Assembly: GCA_044892525.1 (NCBI GenBank)
Contig: CM097885.1
Span: 19,098,001 to 19,162,000, forward strand
Length of the DNA: 64,000 nucleotides
From: Schmidtea polychroa
Taxonomy: Eukaryota
Direction: 5' to 3'
Numbering within the stretch: position 1 is the first letter of the stretch; every line of letters starts with the position of its first letter. Both the position numbers and the translations under genes were made by a program. The notes under the pieces were generated by a model. That model ran no database searches. It saw only the letters and a program-made list of their open reading frames with translations, and was not told the origin of the DNA. Positions 36,725-49,254 of the stretch are shown here, one piece after another.

Positions 36725-37262
36725 ATTACCCTTTTCAATCAAAATAAGTTAATATTAAAATATAAGTCTTAGAAAATATAAATTTTTTAAGTTTTTCAAA
36801 TTCTCAAATAATGTAAATAAGAAATTAATATTTTTTACCAGATATAGACTTAATCTTATTGATAGAATAAGACAATAGAAATAAAAAGTTTTTTTGTTGA
36901 ATAAGTACTTTAATATTGTAATAATAGCTATATATTATTAAATTTACTATTCTACAATAAATATTTCAATTTCGAAAACAAATACTATAATATTAATTAT
37001 AAGTCATTACTCTTTTCAATCAAAATAAATTAAATGTAATATTCAAATACAATTAAATACTTTAATTTAAAAATATAAATTTTATAAGTAAATGCAAATA
37101 AGAAATTAATTTTTTATCAGATATATACTTTTTAAACTTATTGATTAGGTAATAGAAATAAAATGTAACTTTTTTTTCAAAAAGTCCTTTAATATTGCAA
37201 TAGTAGCTATTCATTATTAAATTTACTATTTTACACTAAATATTTCGAAAGCAATTATCAAA
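36725..37262. repeat. Tandem duplication of about 280 bp
   Basis: ATTAC(C/T)CTTTTCAATCAAAATAA...ATTATTAAATTTACTATT present twice in direct orientation. Confidence 0.75.
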
Positions 37263-37789
37263 AAAAAACAATTTAAATTTTTAATTTTATTAATTAATTA
37301 TTTTATTATGTTTTTATTTTAATTACTTACTTTAGTTAATTTTTAATTTATTACATTTATTTAATTAATTATTTTATTAATATTTTATTTTAATTACTTA
37401 CGTTATTTAATTAATTTCTTTTTGGTTTACCTCTTAATAAATTTTAATTATTTTTAATATTATTAATATATTTATTTATTAATATTTTATTATTATTATT
37501 ACTTTTTTTTACTTTTTCAATTTATTTTTAATTAATTATTTATTTTTTTTAAAATTTTTTTTATTATTACTATTTTACATTTACATTTAATATATTCTAA
37601 CAAGAGCGTAAATGTAACAATAATATTTCAATTTGAACAAAATTTTAATTAGTAATTATTAGAATTATTATAAAATAAAGCTGTGTTAATTTTAAAAAAA
37701 AAACAAAAGTTTTTCATGGAAAGTAATAATTCTTACTTAAAACTAATTATCTAAAATAATTGGATAATTGAATTACTAATTCAATCTTC

Positions 37790-38360
37790 CGCAAAATATT
37801 TTTTAAAGGATCTATTTACTGTGAGATCAAGAAACTGAACTAGTTTCGTCAATCCTCCTGGAATAATGGATAGTTTAGAAAATTTACTGGTGCTTTCTTT
37901 TACTTATGACATTGTATGTGCACGGCATGAGTCCATTATTAACAATGATTTAGGATTAAAAAATGCTTCTTTTCGTTTATTTCAAACGTTACCCACCAAA
38001 AGTTTTATCACCTAGTGGTTGACCCACCTTTATCATTAACGGTAACTATATATATCCTTAACTATAATATCCTTAGGAAATAAACCTTTAGGGATAGTAT
38101 TTCTTTTAAACATCCTCATAGGTGGAAGTTTTGACCCATTTGCTGTCAAACAAAATACTAACTTAAAGTTAGAATTTTCATGCCCAATTGTTGCAACCGA
38201 CATATCTTTGGCTCCCTTGATATTGATAGTACTAGAATTAGGGTAATCAAAACTAACCGAAACCTCTGCCATGTTTCCGAAATGTTGACGACCTACTTCA
38301 CAAAGGTTTTCATTGACAAAATTTGGAGTTTTCATCAAAAACGTATACAAGTCACAAAGA
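37790..38360 (-). pseudogene. pogo-family DDE transposase remnant
   Basis: GNMAEVSVSFD..TINIKGAK..TIGHE..ANGSKLPPM.MFKR, LLIMDSCRAH, IIPGGLTKLVQFLDLTVNRSFK. Confidence 0.85.
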
Positions 38361-38390
38361 AATTTAACAAATAAAGCCTATAAGAACTTT

Positions 38391-39140
38391 GGATCATGTA
38401 AAAAAATACCACTAAAATCGATCATGTAAAAATATTACCACGCTAAAAAAATAGAAAAATTTATATTACAATAACAAGATCGAACGAATAGCAGATAAAG
38501 TTGGTCTTAAAATATTAATAAGTCTTAAAATTTCAGTTTGGTTTAAATTTTGGCTCCAATATATCATAATTTTAACCCACCGTTGGTATTGCTTACGCGG
38601 TTGGTGACGCCTGAGCGAATATGCGCCTCTCAGTTCTTTACGTTTTTAAGTTGAAATATGGAATGTTTATTTACTTTTTTATTTCTTGTTTATTTCAGTG
38701 CTATATAAATGTTATATATATGTGTTTCATACGACAAAAACGGCATCAAAAAAACCGATAGGGTGAGCGCTGTGTCGCCACGCGACCAATGGCGGGTTAA
38801 GAATTATTTTCATATCTACTTTCAGCTGTTTAAATTTTGAACCTAAAGTTATGTTTTTTGTTGTTTTAGCTTTCGAGCAAGTGTAGTTAATACATTGCCA
38901 TAAAAAAACGCACCAACTTCGTTTATTTTTGATGAGCTTTAAAGCAACCCCGCAATGACTGCAGCAAATTGATTCTCGAATAAGTTGCTTAGCAAAAAGA
39001 TAATGAAGAAGTTCTGTTTCGTTAAAATTTGGTATTAATTCTTTAATATGTATGGTTATTTCAATTGACTTTATTATTAATTTATTAATTAAAAATCATG
39101 TAAAATCAATACCACAAGGTGGTATTTTTTTACACGATCC
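38391..39140. mobile_element. Non-autonomous TIR element, possibly Mutator-like
   Basis: TIRs GGATCATGTAAAAAAATACCAC / GTGGTATTTTTTTACACGATCC with subterminal repeats; imperfect flanking repeat. Confidence 0.6.
38576..38796. mobile_element. piggyBac MITE nested in the previous element
   Basis: TTAA on both sides; TIRs CCCACCGTTGGT / ACCAATGGCGGG. Confidence 0.8.
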
Positions 39141-40210
39141 AAAACATTTGTACTCGACGAATATACAATGTTTTTTATTACATAAAAAACAACATATGTA
39201 ACAAAAATTATTTTAAAATAATTTATTAACTTTTCAAAGAACCTAAAAGTTTATTAAAGTAAATATTAAATTAATAATAACTCAATGGAAAGTAAACTTT
39301 TAAGCTCAATTTTTTTCAAAAAATAAATTCAGTGAAGCAAAGAATCTTCTTAAAAAAATTTATTCTTTTGTAATTCTAGCCTCGTAGTTTTGAGTTTTAT
39401 GCATTAATTATAGATTAGAAACAAATAAATATTTAATAATTTTAATAATTGCAATAATTCACAAAAATATTTTTATTTAAAAATTATGAATTTAAGACCC
39501 TATTTGTTTAAATCTCTGTATTATCTTATTTTTTCACAATAAAACTTTTCAAATTGTAAAAATGAAAGATTTTTTAAGAATTTTTCTTAAAGGATAAATC
39601 ATGAATTTAAACAAAAAAATATAAAATAAAATTAGAATTAGTAATTGCACTATAAAACATGGTGCAATTTAAAATTACATGATTTTAAAATAATATTTAT
39701 TAATAAAAATTGTTAAATAAATAAATAAAAATTTCCTAAATAGCATAATAAAAATATTCATTCTAAAAAATAATAATTAAAAATTAAAAAAAAATTAATT
39801 ACATAAATTCAAATTATTTTTAACGGTAAAATTAGAAATTTGATTTAGTAATTAATTATTAAAAGCATATTGTAAATAAATAATTGTTTCAAAATAAATC
39901 ATTTTAGCTATTAAAAATATGATAGAAATTTCAAACAGAAATTCAACAAAATAATTCCCGCTGAAAAATATTTTTCTCCGTATCTATTTCCAATTATTAA
40001 ATATATGAAGTAATATTTTTCAGGAAATCATGGTCTAATACGTAAATTTTTATTCAAAATCAAACGTTTTTTTGTTTTAATTTTACTTTTAATAAATTTA
40101 TTTGATTGGGAATTCTAACAATGAAAAAATAGAGATATTTTCAGAGACTAATTCTCCTTTTATATTATTATTAAATAGATATCAATGAAAAACAAAGTTA
40201 ATGAATCTAG

Positions 40211-42329
40211 TAGGGTTTCTGACCGCAATTAATTTGTTTTTTGAAAAAAATAAGTTACCATAAAGTGTCATTTTCCTTTTCCCAAAATATTCCCGTAAAT
40301 GGAAATTTTAGTGTAGAGTAAGTTTATATTTCACTTAAATAAAGTTTATACACATTTCAGCCCATAAATATGTCATCACCAGTGTCATCGGTTTGGAATT
40401 ATGCAGTTAAACGTAAAAATGCCGTCACAAAAGAGATTGAAGCAATTTTCCATCGATGCGGAAACGCAATTAAATGTTCTGGCGGAATTACTTCTTCGTT
40501 ACGATCTCATCTTAAAAACAAGCACGGAATTGATGTTATAATAAATCAAGGTTGTGAAAATAATGAGCCAGTTCCAGTAAAAAAAGTCAAGACAATATTG
40601 GACTATGTTGAAAGAAAAATATTGAAGGAAATTATTTCTGATCTCGCAACTGATTGAATTTCAATTAGAGCAATTACACGCAATCATTTTATTCGTTCTT
40701 CCATAGCTAATGAATCTGATGTAATGAAGCTACTTCTTGACGATTATGAAGATAAAAATGTAAAATGACAAATGAAATCAAAAACAAAATTGAGAAAGAG
40801 ATGAAATTTAGAATGAGTGTTGATGAAACACAACAAAACGGGGCAGGAGATTCTTTGGCATAAATCTTCAAGGCGGAAAAAACATGAAAACCTATAAAAC
40901 AGGTATAATTCGCATATTTGGATCTTGCCATGCTGAATCAATGGTGGATATTGTTACACAACATTTGAATTCCTTTGGAGTGACCATTGAAAAAGATGTT
41001 GTTGGATCGTCTCAAGATGGGGCTGCTGTAAACAAGAAATTTATGCGCTTAATTAACATCATCGGACAATATTGCTTGAATCATGGTATTCATTTAGCCG
41101 TAACTGACACACTTTATAAAAAGAGAAACAATTTTTCAAACTCTTCAGTAAACGATTCTGATGATACGGATGAGTCTGACTGTTTTGATACAAATTTGGA
41201 TTTGGAAGTGGAAAATGATGAACAGTGTGATGATGAAATTGACTTTCATGAAGTGCTGAAAAATTCCCGCGAAGTAGTAAAATATATCAATAATTCTCCA
41301 TTAAAAATCATGTTTTTCAAACGAAAGTTGTCGCTGAGTTTGGTCGAGAAATTGAATTGCATCTTGATGTTAAACACAAATGGAACTCAATTCCTAATAT
41401 GACTGATCCTCTTATTCAAACTAAAATCTGCTTTTTTGATACATTTGCTGAACTAAATGCACTTCATATAATAAACAAATTAGATTTTGATGCATTAACT
41501 TCACTTCAAAGTTCAATAGGTCCAATAAAACTGGCGGTGGAAGTTTTACGCCGTGAAGATTCTACATCAATCACAGCTTACAAGGTGATTGAATTCATAA
41601 TATTGACGATACCATTAGTATTGAGTTGTATGAGAATTTAAGAAAAAGAACTGATGAAAGATTGAATGATGAAGTAATGGATTTATTGCGATGTCTGAAA
41701 GATCCAACAAATATACCATCTAAAAATACAATTAAATGTGCTGGAAAATTGGCTTCTCGTCATTTTGGCGTCGTTGATTGGAGATTATTAAAGAACCACA
41801 AGAAATAGTGTCAACTTCACTTAAAGGTGAACTTAAATCACTTTTGCAGAAGGAAAGAGTCACTATTCCAAATCTTATTCGAGATGAATTTAAGTGTGTC
41901 AAGCAAGAGTTTATACTTTATAAGAACACAGGAAAAAGAACAGAAAATTTGCAAAATGTTTACGATGCATTGCTCTCGATAAAGCCAACATCAACTGACG
42001 TTGAAAGAGTATTTTCAATTTGTATCAATGTTTGTACAAAGATACGATCACGTTTATCAGATCGATCACTGAATAGTCTTGCTTTTTTAAAGTTTTACTA
42101 TAATAAAGTTTAATTTTTGTCTCACCTATAATAAATATAATTAAAATATTCGCTATTGCTTTTTTACTATCAAAAACCACGAAAAAGACTTTTGAAAAAT
42201 GGTTTGATGTTTTGAAATTCATAATTTCAAACATAATTTAAAAACCTGAAAATCCGGTTAACATCGGTTTTTTTAAATTCATAACCGAAAACTGTGTTTT
42301 TTTAAAATCCCGGTTTCTCAGAAACCCTA
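40211..42329 (+). mobile_element. hAT transposon with frameshifted transposase
   Basis: TIRs TAGGGTTTCTGA / TCAGAAACCCTA; TSD GAATCTAG / GAATTTAG. Confidence 0.95.
40370..42113 (+). pseudogene. hAT transposase pseudogene
   Basis: BED finger (VWNY..C..TSSLRSHLKNKH), SQDGAAVN, CLNHGIHLAV, LDVKHKWNS, PTSTDVERVFS..KIRSRLSD, split over several frames. Confidence 0.92.
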
Positions 42330-42916
42330 GAATTTAGATTTGTATAAAAATATGGCAACTATATCTTCCGAAAGAGAAAAAACGAGAAAATTAGATCTGT
42401 TATGTGACAATAATTATATAAAATTAACTAAATTATATAAAGCTTTATAACATTTATTAGTCACATGTAGAATTACCCAAATTAACATTTAAAAATTCAA
42501 GTGATGAATATAGGAACACCTTTGTAAACTAATCCTTCTTTTAAGCCTTTCATACCTTTTATATTAAATTTTTAAATGTGAGTTGTTTGTTTAAAAGTAT
42601 ATAATGTTTTTTTGAAAAAAAACGATAATTAATAACAAAACAAAATGAAATTGTCTTTTAAATTAAGGATGTAACTAAATTAAAATATTATGATATTATT
42701 AATGATTTACCATTCTATATCTGGTGAGATGAAAGTAGACACATTTCTTGATCACGAACCATTTGTACATTTCCAAGCTTGGTGTTGTGAACCGCTATCG
42801 GCTATATCTTCATGGATCATGTTTATATGGTCATTTTAAATTTATTAATTTACCATGTATAAGATAAATAATTTACACTGCCACTTCCTGCTTGGCTGAT
42901 CTCACCAAATTATCTT

Positions 42917-43208
42917 TGTTAGACGCAATTAAATTCAAGTCTTCTTCAAGCATTTATTTTTATAACAACTTCAAAATTGTGCCGTTTACTAGAATATTTA
43001 AACACCGAGGCGTGATAATTATTAATATTAATGTAATTACTGGTCATACATTTAATTGATTTAATTTAATATAATTTAATATAATATGATATAATTTAAT
43101 ATAGAATTTAAATATAAATATTTAACAGAAATAATTATTTCTACTAACTGATCTCACTTCTACATTTAACCATAATAATTTTATATAGAGATTTACTAAC
43201 TCCTTACA
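42917..43208 (-). repeat. 3' LTR of the Gypsy element
   Basis: Direct repeat of 47644-47935. Confidence 0.95.
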
Positions 43209-44058
43209 TCCCCCCTTCTTTAAAATGCTTTAACTTTTCTATATGCCTCGTTATTTTTCTCCCGTTTTCGTCTGTTAATAAGTAACTTCTTTCATGATTT
43301 CGTTTTATTACTGTGTATGGTCCTTCATATCTCTCGTGATCTTTGTTTCTAATTTCTTGTTTCACCAATACTTTGTCCCCAACTTCTAAGTTCCTAGTTG
43401 TGCCAATTTCTTTCGTTTGCTGTCTTTTAGCCTCTAATTTCCGCATGATTTCATTTCTATCCACTTCATTATTACTATGCCATTGCGATCTATTAATCTT
43501 TCTTCCAAATATAATTTCTGCTGGACTAACTCGAGTAGTTTTTTGAGCTGTCGCATTTAAAACGTATTCTATATCAGGTATTAATTCTGCCCAGCTTTTT
43601 TTAACTCCTTCTCTGAGTGACGCGTTAATATAGTCTCTTATAGTACGAAATTGTCTTTCAGTTACACCATTAGTATTATGATGATACGGACTCGAAAATA
43701 TCAACTCAATTACTGCTGCCTCTGCTAGTTCTTTAATACTATTTGCTTCGAAATTCTTTCCACAATCAAGATGTAGTTCCTTAGGGACTCCAAATTTAAA
43801 TATCCAATTATTTAACAAAACTGCCTTTATTGTATTTTCATCTTGCTTTCTAATAGGAGTTAGAGATATGTATTTACTGTAATGATCGATTTTTGCACAA
43901 ATATATTTTTCTACTCTGAAGGTTTCTCTTAATGGACCGCAAATATCCATGTATATTTTCTCCATAGGTTCTGAAGCTTGAATTACTTGGGTTTTTTCTT
44001 TTGACTTTGTAGTTAAAACTTTGTTTTTCTGACATGCTTCACATATTGAAATAGTCTC

Positions 44059-44129
<71 letters not shown>

Positions 44130-46273
44130 CTTCCATATCAAAATTGTTCCTAATATATTTCATAACTTTTTCTACTCCTGCGTGGCATAATAATAAATGT
44201 GTTTCCTTAATCATTTCTCGTCTTTTTGTTTCTGGTATCCATATTTTGTTTTGATTGGTATAGATAATATTTCCTTTTAATATATATTTATTATTTTTCC
44301 TTTCATTTATTTGATCTTTTATATCTTGTATTTCTGCATTATCTCTTTGCCATTCATTTCCATTATTTTCGGTCATCAATGTTAACAATCTAGTTTTTAA
44401 TCGCCCTAATTTGGGGTTATCATGGTCCATCAAACATTGTACACATTTGCCGCATGTATTTCTAGACAGCATATCTGCATTCGTATGCGCCGTACCTTTT
44501 CTGAACTCCATTTTTATGTCTAAACTGCTCAAGTAATTTATCCACGTTTGGAACTGTGCTGTTATAGGCTTCTTTGTCGTTAACATAAAAGTTATGGCTT
44601 TATGATCAGTGCGCAAAACAAACCGTTTACCGTATAAATAATGGTTGAAATTGCGACAGAAATAATATATAGCCAAAAGCTCTTTTCGTGTTATACAATA
44701 TCCTCTTTCATGGCTACTCATTGCATGGGATCTATATGCAATAACGTGTTCATGCCACATTTCATCTCTTTGTGATAATACAGCTCCAATTGTATCAAAG
44801 CTTGCGTCTGTATCTAATATGAATTCTTTCTTGAAATCTGGAAATACGAGAATTGGCGCTGTAGTCAACGCCATTTTCATTTCTTCGAAAGCTTTCTCAC
44901 ATTCCTCAGTCCAGATTATTTTTTCACTACTGCTTCCACATATGCTTTCTAGCGCTCTTGATTTTGTTGCATATTCCTTAATAAATCTCCGATCATAGTT
45001 ACATATACCTAAAAAGCTTCTCAAATTCTTTATACACTTAGGCCTTTGAAATGATTTAATAGCCTCAATTTTACTTTGATCTGTCCGAATCCCTGACTGT
45101 TAATAATGTGCCCTAAAAACTTTACTTCGCTCTTTAATAACTGACACTTTTCTGGGTTGATTCTCAATTTAGCTTCTCGTATTTTCTCTAGAACTTTTCC
45201 AAACACATTGTAATGTTCTTCAATTGTTCTTGTAAAAATTAAAATATCGTCTAAATACACCATAACTCCTTCTTTCCATAGATCTTTCAATATTTTTGTC
45301 ATTAATTCTTGGAATGTACCCGGTGCCGCCGCAATTCCAAAAGACATTCTATTAAAACAAAATTGCCCTTCTTTAGTAGAAAATGCTGTCTTTTCTTGCG
45401 ATTCTATGTCCAATTTCACTTGATAATAAGCGTTCCCAAGGTCTATAGAACTAAAGTACTTAGATCCATGTAATGTATCTAGAATTTCTTCTACATTCGG
45501 CATAGGAAAAGCTTGTCTTTCAGTAATCTTATTAAGCTGTCTAAAATCTAAACAAAGTCTGATATCTTTTTTGTCTTTTTTCCACACGCATACTAACGGC
45601 GTATTCCAAAGTGAATTACATCTTCTTATGATATCATTATTTTCTAAATTTTTTATAGCAGCATTTATTTTCTCCTCTAAATTGATGGGTTGTCTTCTGG
45701 GTTTTATCATAATTGGCCCTTCTTTTGTGATGATTTTATGTGCAATTAAATCAGTACATCCGATATCCCAGTTGTTAGCCATAAAACACTTTTGTTGTTT
45801 TTAACAATCTCTAACAGTCTTTTATTTTCGTTTAATCTTAGAATTTCTATTGCTTTTTGACATCTCTCGTTATCTGTAATCTTTTCCCCAAATCTAGCTT
45901 CTTTTTCACACACAAATTCATTATATCCTTCTTCATTTTGCTTGATGTAGTTTAATTCAATTCCAAACTCTTTCTGCAATTCCACTCCGCCTATTATATC
46001 TGGAACAATATTTTTAACTATTATAAATGTTATTTTTCTTTCCATATTACCAATTCTAACATCAATATTTATTTTTCCGATTGTCTCTAATTTACTATCA
46101 TTTGCACATCTTAACATCTCATCTGTTTTTATGATTTTCACATTCACTAATTTGTCCACAACTGCTTCTGTCATTACATTTACTCTTGCTCCTGTATCTA
46201 GTAAGCATTCCATTCTATAGCCCTGAATTTCAAGAGTTGTACTCGGTCTACCTTGCATTTTGTCATAACTCAA
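43204..46273 (-). pseudogene. Gypsy pol (protease, RT, RNase H, integrase), frameshifted
   Basis: LLDTGA, LCLDFRQLN, YLDDILIF, ILDTDAS, RTDHKA, H-x4-H..CxxC, HLDCGKNF, NGVTER, YEGPY. Confidence 0.95.
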
Positions 46274-46602
46274 TTTCGGTCGTTTCCATTCATCTTTAGT
46301 GAAAATATTTTGCTCCTCTGATATTTCATTAATCCACCCAATTTCATTTTTCTCTAATTTATCTTCTGCCTTTTTAATAAATTTATAAACTTTTTCATTT
46401 ACTATTTTATTATTATATTCTGCTTCTTTAATTTCATTATACTCTTCTTGATTCTTAGGATTATTATTATTATTTATTAAAGATCGATCAGCATTAAAAT
46501 AACTATAACATTTAAAATTACTTAAAGGAAACTTTTTAAAATATTAATTTAAAATATTATTAAAATTATTATGACCAATATTTACATCAATATCAAAATT
46601 AC

Positions 46603-47680
46603 CTAGTATATTGCTCCGATCATTGCCTCCCGTGTCGAAGCATGTACTTTTGGGTGCTGAATATCCTCATATTTGTCCTCTGCATCATCTGAATACTCAA
46701 GTGACATCGTCTCATCATTAGCTTCAATTGCTGCAATTGTTCTTCCTGGATTGTTGATCTTTTGTTGATAGCTTGTGGTTCGATGGGCATAATAATTATT
46801 GTTTCTCATGTTTGAATTAGTTTGAAACTTCCTTCTTTCCAAATTTGTATAGCAGTCAATCTCATTTGTGTCCACGTAAGTGACATCTGTGGCATTGAAT
46901 CGTTGAACATTCTCGCCGTACGTGGCCTTCAACTCCGCATGCAAAACACGTCATTTTCTTTTTCATTTGGCATTCTCGACTAACATGACCAGTTTTCTTG
47001 CATGTCCAGCATTCCAATTGTCGGTTACTGACGTTTCGCTGCTTGAAATTATTATTTCCGTTTACCATTCCTCTTTGAGCAACATCTTTGTAGCTTCTGT
47101 AGTTTTGAACAACCGGTGAAGTCTTCACAACATTAATATGGCCCATAATTTTGTTTACCTTTTCTAATTTCTTTGCTGTCGTTTTTATTTCTTCTGATGT
47201 TTTCAAATCTTTCATCTCGATCTCTTTTTTAACTTCTCGATCTCTTACACAGTTTGTAAGCAGGCATTTTTATATTTCTTCTTCATCCCATTTGTGCGCT
47301 ATTAATTTCTTTGTCATCTTTTTAATTTTCTCTATAAAAGTTTCGGCTGAATCTGATCCTTGTTCATAACTCAAAGCTTCTTTTAGATCATCCATTAATG
47401 ATGTCGGTTTCGAAAATGCACATCGAAGTTTCTCTTCCATAGTTTTTCCTTCGGCTGCTTCATAATCTTCCATTAGCGATCTGTCAAGTAATGTTGTAGT
47501 TAATATTACTTGCATCCTAATTGTTGTTTTTGTCGCGCCAAAAAAACCTTTGACAATCCTTGATAAATTTTCTAAATCATCGCCTTTGTGAAATTTCTCA
47601 GGTAGTAATCTGCTTATCAATAAATCCGTGGTTGTGGTCGCCATGTTAGACGCAATTAAATTCAAGTCTTCTTCAAGCAT
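46603..47680 (-). pseudogene. Gypsy gag, frameshifted
   Basis: Zinc knuckles CWTCKKTGHVSREC, CFACGVEGHVRREC, CHRCHLRGH across three ORF pieces. Confidence 0.9.
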
Positions 47681-47935
47681 TTATTTTTATAACAACTTCA
47701 AAATTGTGCCGTTTACTAGAATATTTAAACACCGAGGCGTGATAATTATTAATATTAATGTAATTACTGGGCATACATTTAATTGATTTAATTTAATATA
47801 ATTTAATATAATATGATATAATTTAATATAGAATTTAAATATAAATATTTAACAGAAATAATTATTTCTACTAACTGATCTCACTTCTACATTTAACCAT
47901 AATAATTTTATATAGAGATTTACTAACTCCTTACA
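47644..47935 (-). repeat. 5' LTR of the Gypsy element
   Basis: Direct repeat of 42917-43208, followed by the PBS. Confidence 0.95.
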
Positions 47936-48017
47936 ATCTTTATTAAAATTACTAACCAAATTGGAGTATATATGGTAAGAACATTTTTCAATTATCACCA
48001 CTAATTTCTTTACAATA

Positions 48018-48155
48018 GACATTGTATTTATTAAATAACTTGACTATGAATCAGTAAAGATATCGACTTTTTATTGATATTCACGTACTATGTTTTTCGA
48101 AAATATCAAAAAATGCATCGATATCTTAACTGATTCAAAGTCAAGTTTTTAAAAA
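48018..48155. repeat. Penelope pseudo-LTR-derived foldback repeat
   Basis: Arms CTTGACTATGAATCAGTAAAGATATCGA / TCGATATCTTAACTGATTCAAAGTCAAG. Confidence 0.65.
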
Positions 48156-49254
48156 ACACATATATATATACTATTTTAAGAATAAGACAATTTTTATTCA
48201 GATTTTGAGACATAATATCCCATTGTATGATAATTCCTCTATAATATTTATAGAATTTGTTTGGAAATCCTAATAGGAAACATATGTCCCATTAAACTCG
48301 AAATGTTTAAATGTGTATCATTGAATTGCTTTTGTAAATTTTTCCGGATTTTAGTGTTGACAACTATAATTTTCTAATAGTTTATTAATTTCAGAAAATA
48401 ATTATCTACAAAGGAAATCTTATATCTAGACACTCTCGGCTTGTCATGATCCAATTTGCTCTATATAATACAAAACAAAAGTATTTCATATAATTTCACA
48501 AAAAAATTGATTTTGCATAATATTTAATGGCAAAATTGCCCATGACGATTTTCATAAGAAATTTATTTATTTTTGTGATAATCTAAAATACAGTTGGTGG
48601 ATTTTATTGTAAATTTGATTGACAAGTACCTGAAGAAGTAATTCAGTAAATTCAATTGAAAAATTATACAATTCTCTATTTCCATTTTAGCCTTGGTTAT
48701 TTATTACTTTTTCATTTTTTATTATTTATTACATTTATAAATTTATTTGGTAATTTGCCTAATAAAATAATAAGTTAATTTGTAAATTATAAAATTGTTT
48801 AAAATAAAAATTAATTTAATCAATCATTTTAATTAATTAATTTAAATTAATTCTGAAACTGATAATATTAATATTAATAACTATTAATATTAAACAATTA
48901 AACGATAATTTAATTATTTTGCTGTGAAGTGTGTATTTAATAAAATGAAAAAATTTCCAATTATAAAAATAGTACCTTTCAATTTATCTGGTTCAATTTT
49001 CAAGGTTTTTTTTATCATCTGTTTTATTTCTTATTTCCTTTTTCTCATTAGTTAAAAATATAGTGAATCAAAATAAAACCTTTGAAGAATTTAAAATTGT
49101 TTTTAATTAAATTTCCTCTAAAATTCAAAACAAAACAATAAAAGTTTTTTAAGTTTTTAAAGCTTCTATAATTAGCTCAATGATACTTCTTTTAAAAAAT
49201 AATATTATAAAATATTTATAAAAAATATTTAATAACTATTTACACAATTTAAAT

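Larger units (their letters stand above)
42917..47935 (-). mobile_element. Ty3/Gypsy LTR retrotransposon, full length (5019 bp)
   Basis: 292-bp LTRs with one mismatch seen by eye; TG..CA ends; 5-bp TSD ATCTT; PBS TGGCGACC; PPT AAGAAGGGGGGA; order gag-PR-RT-RH-IN. Confidence 0.97.
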
